Positions 19,533 to 28,865 of a stretch of DNA of 64,000 bases are shown here, in pieces. Within the stretch, counting starts at the first letter, position 1; each line of letters starts with the position of its first letter. The notes beneath the pieces were generated by a model that was not told the origin of the DNA, ran no database searches, and saw nothing but the letters and a program-made list of their open reading frames with translations. The stretch comes from Escherichia coli (GTDB lineage Bacteria; Pseudomonadota; Gammaproteobacteria; Enterobacterales; Enterobacteriaceae): NCBI RefSeq assembly GCF_002854065.1, contig NZ_CP024153.1; one strand, given 5' to 3'. The translations under genes were made by a program, and so were the position numbers.

Positions 19533-19807
19533 CGGCAGAAATACACCGGTTTAAAGAATCACTGATCTGGTTTTGCGAATACTGATATTGATGATACTAA
19601 CGGCCCACCGGCCTGTTGAGGAACCTGTAAAACGGAAAGGCTCATTGAAGCCGTATATTTTCTGGAGGTTCATCAGGCGCGGAACTCATCGAGGCGCGGG
19701 AATAAAATCCCATTCAGACGCCGGATAGATTCAAGCAAGCCAATTTATCGTCAAAATCGGTGTTGCAAAAACGGGAGTGACCATAGATTCCGTTTTCCAA
19801 GCGGACC

Positions 19808-19870
19808 CCGTGCTGTGTGGAAATCCGCCCACCTTGCCGGGCGCCGGTGCTGTGTGGAAATTCGCCCATC
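19808..19870. repeat. About 1.6 copies of the 37-bp repeat unit (inverted relative to the 56063-57150 array), just downstream of the truncated rep gene
   Basis: CCGTGCTGTGTGGAAATCCGCCCACCTTGCCGGGCGCCGGTGCTGTGTGGAAATTCGCCC is the reverse complement of the array unit. Confidence 0.75.
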
Positions 19871-19919
19871 TTCATGACAAAAATTTGTCAAATGACAGGC
19901 TCATGTGTGCTGATTTATG

Positions 19920-20601
19920 TCAGACGGGATTTTGCTTATCAATTATTGAGAACAGAAATTTTCCTGAATCATCAATACTATACTTAGCAAGTAAAGGTGT
20001 TTTCTCATTTATCTGCTTGAGAGCAGGATCAAGGAAAGATCGTTTCAACTCTGCCAAGTTCTTCTGTTGGGATTCCGGCAAAAGGAAACGGTCATTTAAC
20101 CAAGCATGAGTAGTAACCCATAAGCCTGAAGATTTGAATTGAGCAAGACTTTCATAAAGGCGGATCGTCCGTGGATTTCGAAGACTGCCACAATCGCGGA
20201 GCGAGTAGGTGGTGAACTGGTTCGTCAGGCCGTAAATGTACCGCAGGAGTTTATGGTTAAATTCGATTTCCCAGATACCACGAGCTGATCGGCTGCCAGC
20301 CTCTGTTAGCCAGGGGCGCGCGACGCAGTCAAAACTCCCTTCTTTCGGGTAAAAGATTACCGCAGAACGGCTTAACTCAAACACGCCTTCTTTAACATCC
20401 TTGATAGCCTGGTTACGGCTTACCTGAAAAATTTGCTGATAGTCAGCCACCTTTACTTTGAAAGTAGAGTCACCGAGTACAGCCATCTCATCATCATCTT
20501 CGCTTACTGAAGCTGTGAAATACGTCTGCATAAGACATAACCAGAGAACGCGCTTTGCTTTTAGCGAGAGGTAGTAAGCAGCTTCGGTAAGCTCGTTAGA
20601 C
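19920..20601 (-). pseudogene. Rep_3-family (RepE-like) replication initiator, N-terminally truncated by IS26
   Basis: ...NELTEAAYYLSLKAKRVLWL...IRLYESLAQF... parallels recalled F RepE ([20 protein letters not shown]...MRLYESLCQY); first 17 residues of the ORF come from the IS26 end. Confidence 0.75.
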
Positions 20602-21421
20602 GGCACTGTTGCAAAGTTAGCGATGAGGCAGCCTTTTGTCTTATTCAAAGGCCTTACATTTCAAAAACTCTGCTTACCAGGCGCATTTCGCCCAGGGGAT
20701 CACCATAATAAAATGCTGAGGCCTGGCCTTTGCGTAGTGCACGCATCACCTCAATACCTTTGATGGTGGCGTAAGCCGTCTTCATGGATTTAAATCCCAG
20801 CGTGGCGTTGATTATCCGTTTCAGTTTGCCATGATCGCATTCAATCACGTTGTTCCGGTACTTAATCTGTCGGTGTTCAACGTCAGACGGGCACCGGCCT
20901 TCGCGTTTGAGCAGAGCAAGCGCGCGACCATAGGCGGGCGCTTTATCCGTGTTGATGAATCGTGGGATCTGCCACTTCTTCACGTTGTTGAGGATTTTAC
21001 CCAGAAACCGGTATGCAGCTTTGCTGTTACGACGGGAGGAGAGATAAAAATCGACAGTGCGGCCCCGGCTGTCGACGGCCCGGTACAGATACGCCCAGCG
21101 GCCATTGACCTTCACGTAGGTTTCATCCATGTGCCACGGGCAAAGATCGGAAGGGTTACGCCAGTACCAGCGCAGCCGTTTTTCCATTTCAGGCGCATAA
21201 CGCTGAACCCAGCGGTAAATCGTGGAGTGATCGACATTCACTCCGCGTTCAGCCAGCATCTCCTGCAGCTCACGGTAACTGATGCCGTATTTGCAGTACC
21301 AGCGTACGGCCCACAGAATGATGTCACGCTGAAAATGCCGGCCTTTGAATGGGTTCATGTGCAGCTCCATCAGCAAAAGGGGATGATAAGTTTATCACCA
21401 CCGACTATTTGCAACAGTGCC
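20602..21421 (-). mobile_element. IS26 copy 5 (variant: Asn184 plus one synonymous change)
   Basis: 820 bp; ...KLKRIINATLGFKS... Confidence 0.95.
20654..21376 (-). CDS. tnpA: IS26 transposase Tnp26 (Asn184 form)
   Basis: 240-aa ORF; GGC to AAC at codon 184 relative to copies 1-3. Confidence 0.95.
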   Translation of the reverse strand: MLMELHMNPFKGRHFQRDIILWAVRWYCKYGISYRELQEMLAERGVNVDHSTIYRWVQRYAPEMEKRLRWYWRNPSDLCPWHMDETYVKVNGRWAYLYRAVDSRGRTVDFYLSSRRNSKAAYRFLGKILNNVKKWQIPRFINTDKAPAYGRALALLKREGRCPSDVEHRQIKYRNNVIECDHGKLKRIINATLGFKSMKTAYATIKGIEVMRALRKGQASAFYYGDPLGEMRLVSRVFEM

Positions 21422-21491
21422 GATTAGAGCACTATAAAGAACTAAAGAAATGAAGATACAAAGATACGAATATCTGAATAAAAACAGAAAA

Positions 21492-21612
21492 ATGCGTACC
21501 CATCCACCTTTCAGTGCGTACCCATCCACCTTTCAGTGCGCAGCCATCCACCTTTCATGAAAATTACAGTGCGTACCCATCCACCTTTCAGTGCGTACCC
21601 ATCCACCTTTCA
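21492..21612. repeat. Five direct 22-bp iteron-like repeats GTGCGTACCCATCCACCTTTCA (origin-like)
   Basis: Read directly; four near-perfect copies and one variant (GCGCAGCCATCCACCTTTCA). Confidence 0.75.
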
Positions 21613-21783
21613 TTTTGAGGCGACAAAAAACAACACCTATCTTAATGAAATTATTGATAAAAAAACTGGCACAATGTTTGCAGAATAAGTTAGAGTAAGT
21701 TAAAGATCTTAAAGTAGATCTACCGATCTACATTTAAGATCTTAAAAACAAGAAGTTTAATAAGCAAAAAAACACAAAAAATC

Positions 21784-21831
21784 TGTGGATAACTTTGCTC
21801 AAAACAAAAAATTCACACTACCTGTGGATAA
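21784..21831. promoter_or_regulatory. Two DnaA-box-like sites TGTGGATAA, 30 bp apart, in AT-rich DNA
   Basis: CTGTGGATAACTTTG appears twice; AT-rich context beside the iterons. Confidence 0.5.
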
Positions 21832-22474
21832 CTTTGCGTAAACCCAGAGGACAGATCACTCTGAACCAAGACAACCACACATAAAAACAATATGCTCGCT
21901 TTTTAACCACTGCGCGTAATTGCCTGATGTTATCCCTGTGCTGTTCCGCTTCCTCGCTCACTAACTCGCTACACTCGGTCGTTCGGCTGCGGCGAGCGGT
22001 GTCTCCTTTCTCAAAACCAGAAGAGTTCAGATCATACGATCCGTTGATTGATCCTTTTTGGATCTTTCACTGAGAAGCCCTGAATCGCTTTCTAACGCTT
22101 TGTTCGATGTAACCATGAGGAAAACCATGTGAAATCGAAAAAATCGCTCAGAATGCGATACAGCGCGTTTTAGAGGGTATTTACAAAACAGTCGTTGCCT
22201 TGAGGAAATTTTGATCAAGATTGAACTCCTATCCGGATCATGGCAACAGATCACAGCAACAAGGCCGCTAAAAAGCGTTGAGCGGCGTTAAAAACCGTTA
22301 AACCGTAGCTGACTATAACGAAACGGGAAAAAACGCTCAGAACGCGTTACAGAGCGTTTTAAGGCGATGTCGGAAAGAGCCATACCTCACCTGTTCTGAT
22401 GTTTTTCTCAACACAAGCACTTTTAAGAGTACTTTTAAAGATGCTATTATGCCAATAAGACAAGCGGAGGACTT

Positions 22475-22726
22475 ATGAGCTATCAAATTCTGACAACCAC
22501 AGCGGCCAGTATTACTGACCTGAAAAAAAATCCTATGGGAACCGTAGCTGAAGGTGAAGGGGACGCTGTTGCGATCCTGAACCGAAACGAACCGGCGTTC
22601 TATTGCGTTCCACCAAAACTTTACGCCTACTATCGGGAACTCGCTGAAGATGCTGAGTTAAACGCTGTTGCTGATGAGCGCATGAAAAACCCGGAAATTG
22701 TGAAGGTTAACCTGGATGACCTATGA
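22475..22726 (+). CDS. Phd/YefM/StbD-type antitoxin
   Basis: 83-aa ORF overlapping the downstream RelE-like gene by 11 bp; typical antitoxin size and arrangement. Confidence 0.7.
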   Translation: MSYQILTTTAASITDLKKNPMGTVAEGEGDAVAILNRNEPAFYCVPPKLYAYYRELAEDAELNAVADERMKNPEIVKVNLDDL

Positions 22727-22997
22727 ACTGGCTTTTGACCGCAGAGCACTGAAGGAATGGCAGAAACTCGGCCACACCATCCGTGAACAATTCAAAAAGA
22801 AGCTGGCAGAACGGCTGGAAAATCCACGCGTACCCGCAGCCCGGTTACATGGTCATGCTGATCGCTATAAAATCAAACTTCGTGCATCTGGCTACAGACT
22901 TGTATATCAAGTCATTGATGAGAAAGTCGTTTTACTCGTTATTGCTGTTGGAAGAAGGGAAAGCAGCGAAGTTTATCAGATTGCAGATATGCGCTGA
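22716..22997 (+). CDS. RelE/StbE/ParE-family toxin
   Basis: 93 aa MTYELAFDRRALKEWQKLGHTIREQFKKKLAERLENPRVPAARLHGHADRYKIKLRASGYRLVYQVIDEKVVLLVIAVGRRE, characteristic RelE/StbE pattern. Confidence 0.8.
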   Translation: MTYELAFDRRALKEWQKLGHTIREQFKKKLAERLENPRVPAARLHGHADRYKIKLRASGYRLVYQVIDEKVVLLVIAVGRRESSEVYQIADMR

Positions 22998-23183
22998 ACT
23001 GAAACCCGCCCCGTAATTCGCGGCTGCAGCCGCTCAGACGCGCAGATGCTACACACCGTCACGGCGTACCGTTCGCAAGCTTACGCGCTAACTGCGAAAG
23101 GCTAATTGCGTGTTGTTAGTCCGGTAATGGGCTTTGCAGGGAGGGGGGATGTCCCTGATCTTAATTAAGCTGGTTTGTTTCCG

Positions 23184-23325
23184 GGCACTGTTGCAAAGTT
23201 AGCGATGAGGCAGCCTTTTGTCTTATTCAAAGGCCTTACATTTCAAAAACTCTGCTTACCAGGCGCATTTCGCCCAGGGGATCACCATAATAAAATGCTG
23301 AGGCCTGGCCTTTGCGTAGTGCACG
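23184..23325 (-). mobile_element. IS26 fragment (142 bp of one end, internally truncated)
   Basis: GGCACTGTTGCAAAGTTAGCGATGAGG...GCGTAGTGCACG matches the IS26 end, then diverges. Confidence 0.9.
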
Positions 23326-25002
23326 TATAGGAAATTGAAAAACCAGTCGATACCATTGTCCACGCCTTATGCCACGTGAGCCTTTCTGCTTTTCCCACCA
23401 CTCCGGTGGTTTCCCTCTCTGTATGGTCGATTTTTATACCGTAACAGGCTGTTTTTTATACTTTCACCGATTCCCGGGCACACTTAGCCTGTGTCAGGCC
23501 GGCATATACCTCAGTAGACTGATATCCCGCGCGTTTTTCTTCAGCCCTGATACATTCAGCCCCGCAATGGCCCGGCGGTATACCATCCGGCAGCCACACA
23601 GCACGCATTCGAACGGGTCACGACTCAGGAACTGTTTCACCATTTGTGCATAGCACACTTTCGCCACTGGTTCCGGTTTATCCATCCCCAGTGCACGGTA
23701 CACCTGCGGCAGCTTCTCTCCACACACACGGTTGGCAAGGAACCCGAAGTACCTCACCATCTTAAAAAACTTCTCCGGGATGTGCTGTTTCAGCCTCGCG
23801 ACCAGCTCACGCTGTGTCAGCGTTTCCGTCGCCGTTTCTCCCGTTTTGTGGTCCAGGTAACGGAAGCTCAGGCTTGCCCCTCCGTTGTAATGAGCCAGTC
23901 GGGAAGCCGCTATTGGTGGCTTCTTCAGATAACGACCCAGGTAGCGTGCCGTATTCCGCCCTCCGGCTGTCTTCTTCGACATGTACACATGCCAGTATTT
24001 TCCGCCGGATTTCAGCACCAGGCTTCTCCACTGTGATTCCGTCGTGATATGTGACAACGACTCCGGCATTGCCATCCCCTCTGACCACGCTTTCAGAAGC
24101 AGCTGCCGCATATTCCACATCCACCGTGAACGCATCGCGTCTTTCAGGAAGCTCAGCTTTTTCCACTGACCATGCTTATTCAGACCTCCACAGGTTACAG
24201 ACACATGTACATGCGGATGCCAGTTGAGACGACGGCCATACGTGTGGATGGCGCAGAAGATACCGGGTTCCAGCCCCCGTTTTCGGGCGGCATACAGCAG
24301 ATTCTCCACCGCCAGACGGCACACGTCATTCAGCAGCCAGCGGTTGCTTTCGAACACCGGCCACAGCGTGTCCGGCAGGGTGAAGACCAGATGTACCCAG
24401 TCGCAGTCAGGAAGACGATTCAGCTGTGTTGCTGTCCACAGGTCTGTGGCCTTCTTTCCGCAGGACGGGCAGGCACGGCTGCCGCATGAGTTGGTCAGGT
24501 ACTTTACGTGCTGACAGTCCGGGTTATCACACCCGAACTCTTTTACACCCAGTATCCGTGTGCCGCAGGCCAGCATTTTGGTGACGGCTTCAACCTCGAT
24601 ATCGCGCAGACCGCCCGCATCCAGGAAGGACGTCCAGCACTGGTTGGCTGTGAACAGACGTTTCAGAGGGCGGGGAGTAAAACCGGACAACATGAGGATG
24701 GATTAAACCCCGGTATCCTGTAGCAGGGTAAGGGCTGCTGTATCGCCACGGCGCTTCAGGATGGAGGTCGTCACCATCGCAGGTGGTGGGTCCATGGGTT
24801 TGAGCATTTTCATCCAGTCCCATTCTCGTTGTGAGAGCTTCTCAGCACCAACAGAGAGCAGAACTGTATCGATACTTTTGCGGGTCAACATAAGGGGATG
24901 AGTCCTTAATAAAACAGGTCCTCAGAGCATACATATTCTGCGGGGCGTGCGGCAACAACAGGACGAACCGGGGCGGTTTTCAATTTGCAGCCGCCAGGCT
25001 GC
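23326..25002 (-). mobile_element. IS91-family rolling-circle element (IS1294-like, about 1.68 kb); boundaries approximate
   Basis: Single HUH/Y2-type transposase ORF plus small upstream ORF; length consistent with IS1294; one end duplicated at 16471-16584. Confidence 0.65.
23494..24693 (-). CDS. tnpA: IS91-family (IS1294-like) transposase
   Basis: 399 aa with Cys-rich zinc-binding N-terminus (CGTRILGVKEFGCDNPDCQHVKYLTNSCGSRACPSCGKK), HVH (HPHVHVSV) motif and C-terminal tyrosines typical of IS91-family Y2 transposases. Confidence 0.85.
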   Translation of the reverse strand: MLSGFTPRPLKRLFTANQCWTSFLDAGGLRDIEVEAVTKMLACGTRILGVKEFGCDNPDCQHVKYLTNSCGSRACPSCGKKATDLWTATQLNRLPDCDWVHLVFTLPDTLWPVFESNRWLLNDVCRLAVENLLYAARKRGLEPGIFCAIHTYGRRLNWHPHVHVSVTCGGLNKHGQWKKLSFLKDAMRSRWMWNMRQLLLKAWSEGMAMPESLSHITTESQWRSLVLKSGGKYWHVYMSKKTAGGRNTARYLGRYLKKPPIAASRLAHYNGGASLSFRYLDHKTGETATETLTQRELVARLKQHIPEKFFKMVRYFGFLANRVCGEKLPQVYRALGMDKPEPVAKVCYAQMVKQFLSRDPFECVLCGCRMVYRRAIAGLNVSGLKKNARDISLLRYMPA

Positions 25003-26448
25003 CGTGGTTCATGATAACTTCTGCTCTTCATCGTGCGGCCGACTGGGCTAAATCTGTGTTCTCTTCGGCGGCGCTGGGTGATCCTCGCCGTACTGCCCGC
25101 TTGGTTAACGTCGCCGCCCAATTGGCAAAATATTCTGGTAAATCAATAACCATCTCATCAGAGGGTAGTGAAGCCATGCAGGAAGGCGCTTACCGATTTA
25201 TCCGCAATCCCAACGTTTCTGCCGAGGCGATCAGAAAGGCTGGCGCCATGCAAACAGTCAAGTTGGCTCAGGAGTTTCCCGAACTGCTGGCCATTGAGGA
25301 CACCACCTCTTTGAGTTATCGCCACCAGGTCGCCGAAGAGCTTGGCAAGCTGGGCTCTATTCAGGATAAATCCCGCGGATGGTGGGTTCACTCCGTTCTC
25401 TTGCTCGAGGCCACCACATTCCGCACCGTAGGATTACTGCATCAGGAGTGGTGGATGCGCCCGGATGACCCTGCCGATGCGGATGAAAAGGAGAGTGGCA
25501 AATGGCTGGCAGCGGCCGCAACTAGCCGGTTACGCATGGGCAGCATGATGAGCAACGTGATTGCGGTCTGTGACCGCGAAGCCGATATTCATGCTTATCT
25601 GCAGGACAAACTGGCGCATAACGAGCGCTTCGTGGTGCGCTCCAAGCACCCACGCAAGGACGTAGAGTCTGGGTTGTATCTGTACGACCATCTGAAGAAC
25701 CAACCGGAGTTGGGTGGCTATCAGATCAGCATTCCGCAAAAGGGCGTGGTGGATAAACGCGGTAAACGTAAAAATCGACCAGCCCGCAAGGCGAGCTTGA
25801 GCCTGCGCAGTGGGCGCATCACGCTAAAACAGGGGAATATCACGCTCAACGCGGTGCTGGCCGAGGAGATTAACCCGCCCAAGGGTGAGACCCCGTTGAA
25901 ATGGTTGTTGCTGACCAGCGAACCGGTCGAGTCGCTAGCCCAAGCCTTGCGCGTCATCGACATTTATACCCATCGCTGGCGGATCGAGGAGTTCCATAAG
26001 GCATGGAAAACCGGAGCAGGAGCCGAGAGGCAACGCATGGAGGAGCCGGATAATCTGGAGCGGATGGTCTCGATCCTCTCGTTTGTTGCGGTCAGGCTGT
26101 TACAGCTCAGAGAAAGCTTCACGCTGCCGCAAGCACTCAGGGCGCAAGGGCTGCTAAAGGAAGCGGAACACGTAGAAAGCCAGTCCGCAGAAACGGTGCT
26201 GACCCCGGATGAATGTCAGCTACTGGGCTATCTGGACAAGGGAAAACGCAAGCGCAAAGAGAAAGCAGGTAGCTTGCAGTGGGCTTACATGGCGATAGCT
26301 AGACTGGGCGGTTTTATGGACAGCAAGCGAACCGGAATTGCCAGCTGGGGCGCCCTCTGGTAAGGTTGGGAAGCCCTGCAAAGTAAACTGGATGGCTTTC
26401 TTGCCGCCAAGGATCTGATGGCGCAGGGGATCAAGATCTGATCAAGAG
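25003..26448 (+). mobile_element. IS50L of Tn5, outside end (~85 bp) missing
   Basis: Homology to IS50 begins about 8 bp before the tnp start; ochre codon truncates Tnp as in IS50L; inside end CTGATCAAGAGACAG precedes aph(3')-IIa. Confidence 0.85.
25011..26363 (+). CDS. tnp: IS50L transposase (C-terminally short form ending ...GIASWGALW)
   Basis: 450 aa MITSALHRAADWAKSVFSSAALGDPRRTARLVNVAAQLAKYSGKSITISSEG... Confidence 0.9.
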   Translation: MITSALHRAADWAKSVFSSAALGDPRRTARLVNVAAQLAKYSGKSITISSEGSEAMQEGAYRFIRNPNVSAEAIRKAGAMQTVKLAQEFPELLAIEDTTSLSYRHQVAEELGKLGSIQDKSRGWWVHSVLLLEATTFRTVGLLHQEWWMRPDDPADADEKESGKWLAAAATSRLRMGSMMSNVIAVCDREADIHAYLQDKLAHNERFVVRSKHPRKDVESGLYLYDHLKNQPELGGYQISIPQKGVVDKRGKRKNRPARKASLSLRSGRITLKQGNITLNAVLAEEINPPKGETPLKWLLLTSEPVESLAQALRVIDIYTHRWRIEEFHKAWKTGAGAERQRMEEPDNLERMVSILSFVAVRLLQLRESFTLPQALRAQGLLKEAEHVESQSAETVLTPDECQLLGYLDKGKRKRKEKAGSLQWAYMAIARLGGFMDSKRTGIASWGALW

Positions 26449-26457
26449 ACAGGATGA

Positions 26458-27264
<807 letters not shown>

Positions 27265-27284
27265 GCGGGACTCTGGGGTTCGAA

Positions 27285-27457
27285 ATGACCGACCAAGCGA
27301 CGCCCAACCTGCCATCACGAGATTTCGATTCCACCGCCGCCTTCTATGAAAGGTTGGGCTTCGGAATCGTTTTCCGGGACGCCGGCTGGATGATCCTCCA
27401 GCGCGGGGATCTCATGCTGGAGTTCTTCGCCCACCCCGGGCTCGATCCCCTCGCGAG
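27285..27457 (+). pseudogene. ble: Tn5 ble (bleomycin resistance), 3'-truncated by IS26
   Basis: MTDQATPNLPSRDFDSTAAFYERLGFGIVFRDAGWMILQRGDLMLEFFAHPGLDPLA then IS26 end. Confidence 0.85.
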
Positions 27458-28277
27458 GGCACTGTTGCAAATAGTCGGTGGTGATAAACTTATCATCCCC
27501 TTTTGCTGATGGAGCTGCACATGAACCCATTCAAAGGCCGGCATTTTCAGCGTGACATCATTCTGTGGGCCGTACGCTGGTACTGCAAATACGGCATCAG
27601 TTACCGTGAGCTGCAGGAGATGCTGGCTGAACGCGGAGTGAATGTCGATCACTCCACGATTTACCGCTGGGTTCAGCGTTATGCGCCTGAAATGGAAAAA
27701 CGGCTGCGCTGGTACTGGCGTAACCCTTCCGATCTTTGCCCGTGGCACATGGATGAAACCTACGTGAAGGTCAATGGCCGCTGGGCGTATCTGTACCGGG
27801 CCGTCGACAGCCGGGGCCGCACTGTCGATTTTTATCTCTCCTCCCGTCGTAACAGCAAAGCTGCATACCGGTTTCTGGGTAAAATCCTCAACAACGTGAA
27901 GAAGTGGCAGATCCCACGATTCATCAACACGGATAAAGCGCCCGCCTATGGTCGCGCGCTTGCTCTGCTCAAACGCGAAGGCCGGTGCCCGTCTGACGTT
28001 GAACACCGACAGATTAAGTACCGGAACAACGTGATTGAATGCGATCATGGCAAACTGAAACGGATAATCAACGCCACGCTGGGATTTAAATCCATGAAGA
28101 CGGCTTACGCCACCATCAAAGGTATTGAGGTGATGCGTGCACTACGCAAAGGCCAGGCCTCAGCATTTTATTATGGTGATCCCCTGGGCGAAATGCGCCT
28201 GGTAAGCAGAGTTTTTGAAATGTAAGGCCTTTGAATAAGACAAAAGGCTGCCTCATCGCTAACTTTGCAACAGTGCC
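27458..28277 (+). mobile_element. IS26 copy 6 (Asn184 variant); left arm of Tn6010-like oqx unit
   Basis: 820 bp with terminal repeats. Confidence 0.95.
27503..28225 (+). CDS. tnpA: IS26 transposase Tnp26 (Asn184 form)
   Basis: 240-aa ORF. Confidence 0.95.
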   Translation: MLMELHMNPFKGRHFQRDIILWAVRWYCKYGISYRELQEMLAERGVNVDHSTIYRWVQRYAPEMEKRLRWYWRNPSDLCPWHMDETYVKVNGRWAYLYRAVDSRGRTVDFYLSSRRNSKAAYRFLGKILNNVKKWQIPRFINTDKAPAYGRALALLKREGRCPSDVEHRQIKYRNNVIECDHGKLKRIINATLGFKSMKTAYATIKGIEVMRALRKGQASAFYYGDPLGEMRLVSRVFEM

Positions 28278-28316
28278 CCAAAAAGAACAAGATTCACCGC
28301 AACCCAGGACACTGCC

Positions 28317-28796
28317 ATGTTAGATTACCGCTTCCCGACAGCTTTGCAGATGGTTCTCAGCGTAGCAATGGCGGAGCAGATGGGTGAACGTTCGACGAGT
28401 GCGATTCTGGCCTACGGCCTGGAAGCGAACCCGAGCTTTATCCGTAAACTAATGGTTCCGCTAACTCGTGACGGCATTATCGTCTCCACGCTTGGTCGCA
28501 ACGGCTCAATTCATCTTGGCCGTCCGGCGGACAAGATCACCCTGCGTGATATCTATCTTTCGGTTATCGAAGATAAAAAACTGTGGGCGTCGCGTCCTGA
28601 CGTCCCGGCCCGCTGCGTGGTCAGCGCCAACGCCTGCTGGTACTTCAAATCGGTTGCCGATGAAGCAGAGCAGGCTTCGTTAAACGTCCTCGCTCGCCAT
28701 ACCGTGGCCAGCGCGCTGGAGGCGGTCAAAAACGCCGATACCAGCGGCTGCGACCCGGTGCCGGAAATGATCGCCCGCTTTAAAAAAGCGCATTAA
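28317..28796 (+). CDS. oqxR: OqxR Rrf2-family transcriptional repressor of oqxAB
   Basis: 159-aa ORF divergent/convergent with oqxAB in the position of oqxR in Tn6010. Confidence 0.8.
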   Translation: MLDYRFPTALQMVLSVAMAEQMGERSTSAILAYGLEANPSFIRKLMVPLTRDGIIVSTLGRNGSIHLGRPADKITLRDIYLSVIEDKKLWASRPDVPARCVVSANACWYFKSVADEAEQASLNVLARHTVASALEAVKNADTSGCDPVPEMIARFKKAH

Positions 28797-28810
28797 TCAT
28801 TTTCTGGTGA

Positions 28811-28850
28811 CGAAAAAAAACCGCCTTCAAATTGTGAAGGCGGTTTTTTT
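28811..28850. terminator. Bidirectional rho-independent terminator between convergent oqxR and oqxB
   Basis: AAAAAAAACCGCCTTCAAATTGTGAAGGCGGTTTTTTTG: A-run, perfect stem, T-run. Confidence 0.7.
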
Positions 28851-28865
28851 GTTATCTGCTGCAGG

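Noticed and set aside
22027-22254. 75-aa minus-strand ORF overlapping the direct repeats upstream of the toxin-antitoxin pair
   Set aside because: Lies across repeat/dyad elements, no RBS; more likely regulatory DNA than coding.
23369-24514. Plus-strand ORFs (23369-23653, 23644-24036, 24172-24489, 24224-24514) across the IS91-family transposase gene
   Set aside because: Antisense to the 399-aa transposase gene, which has clear family motifs.
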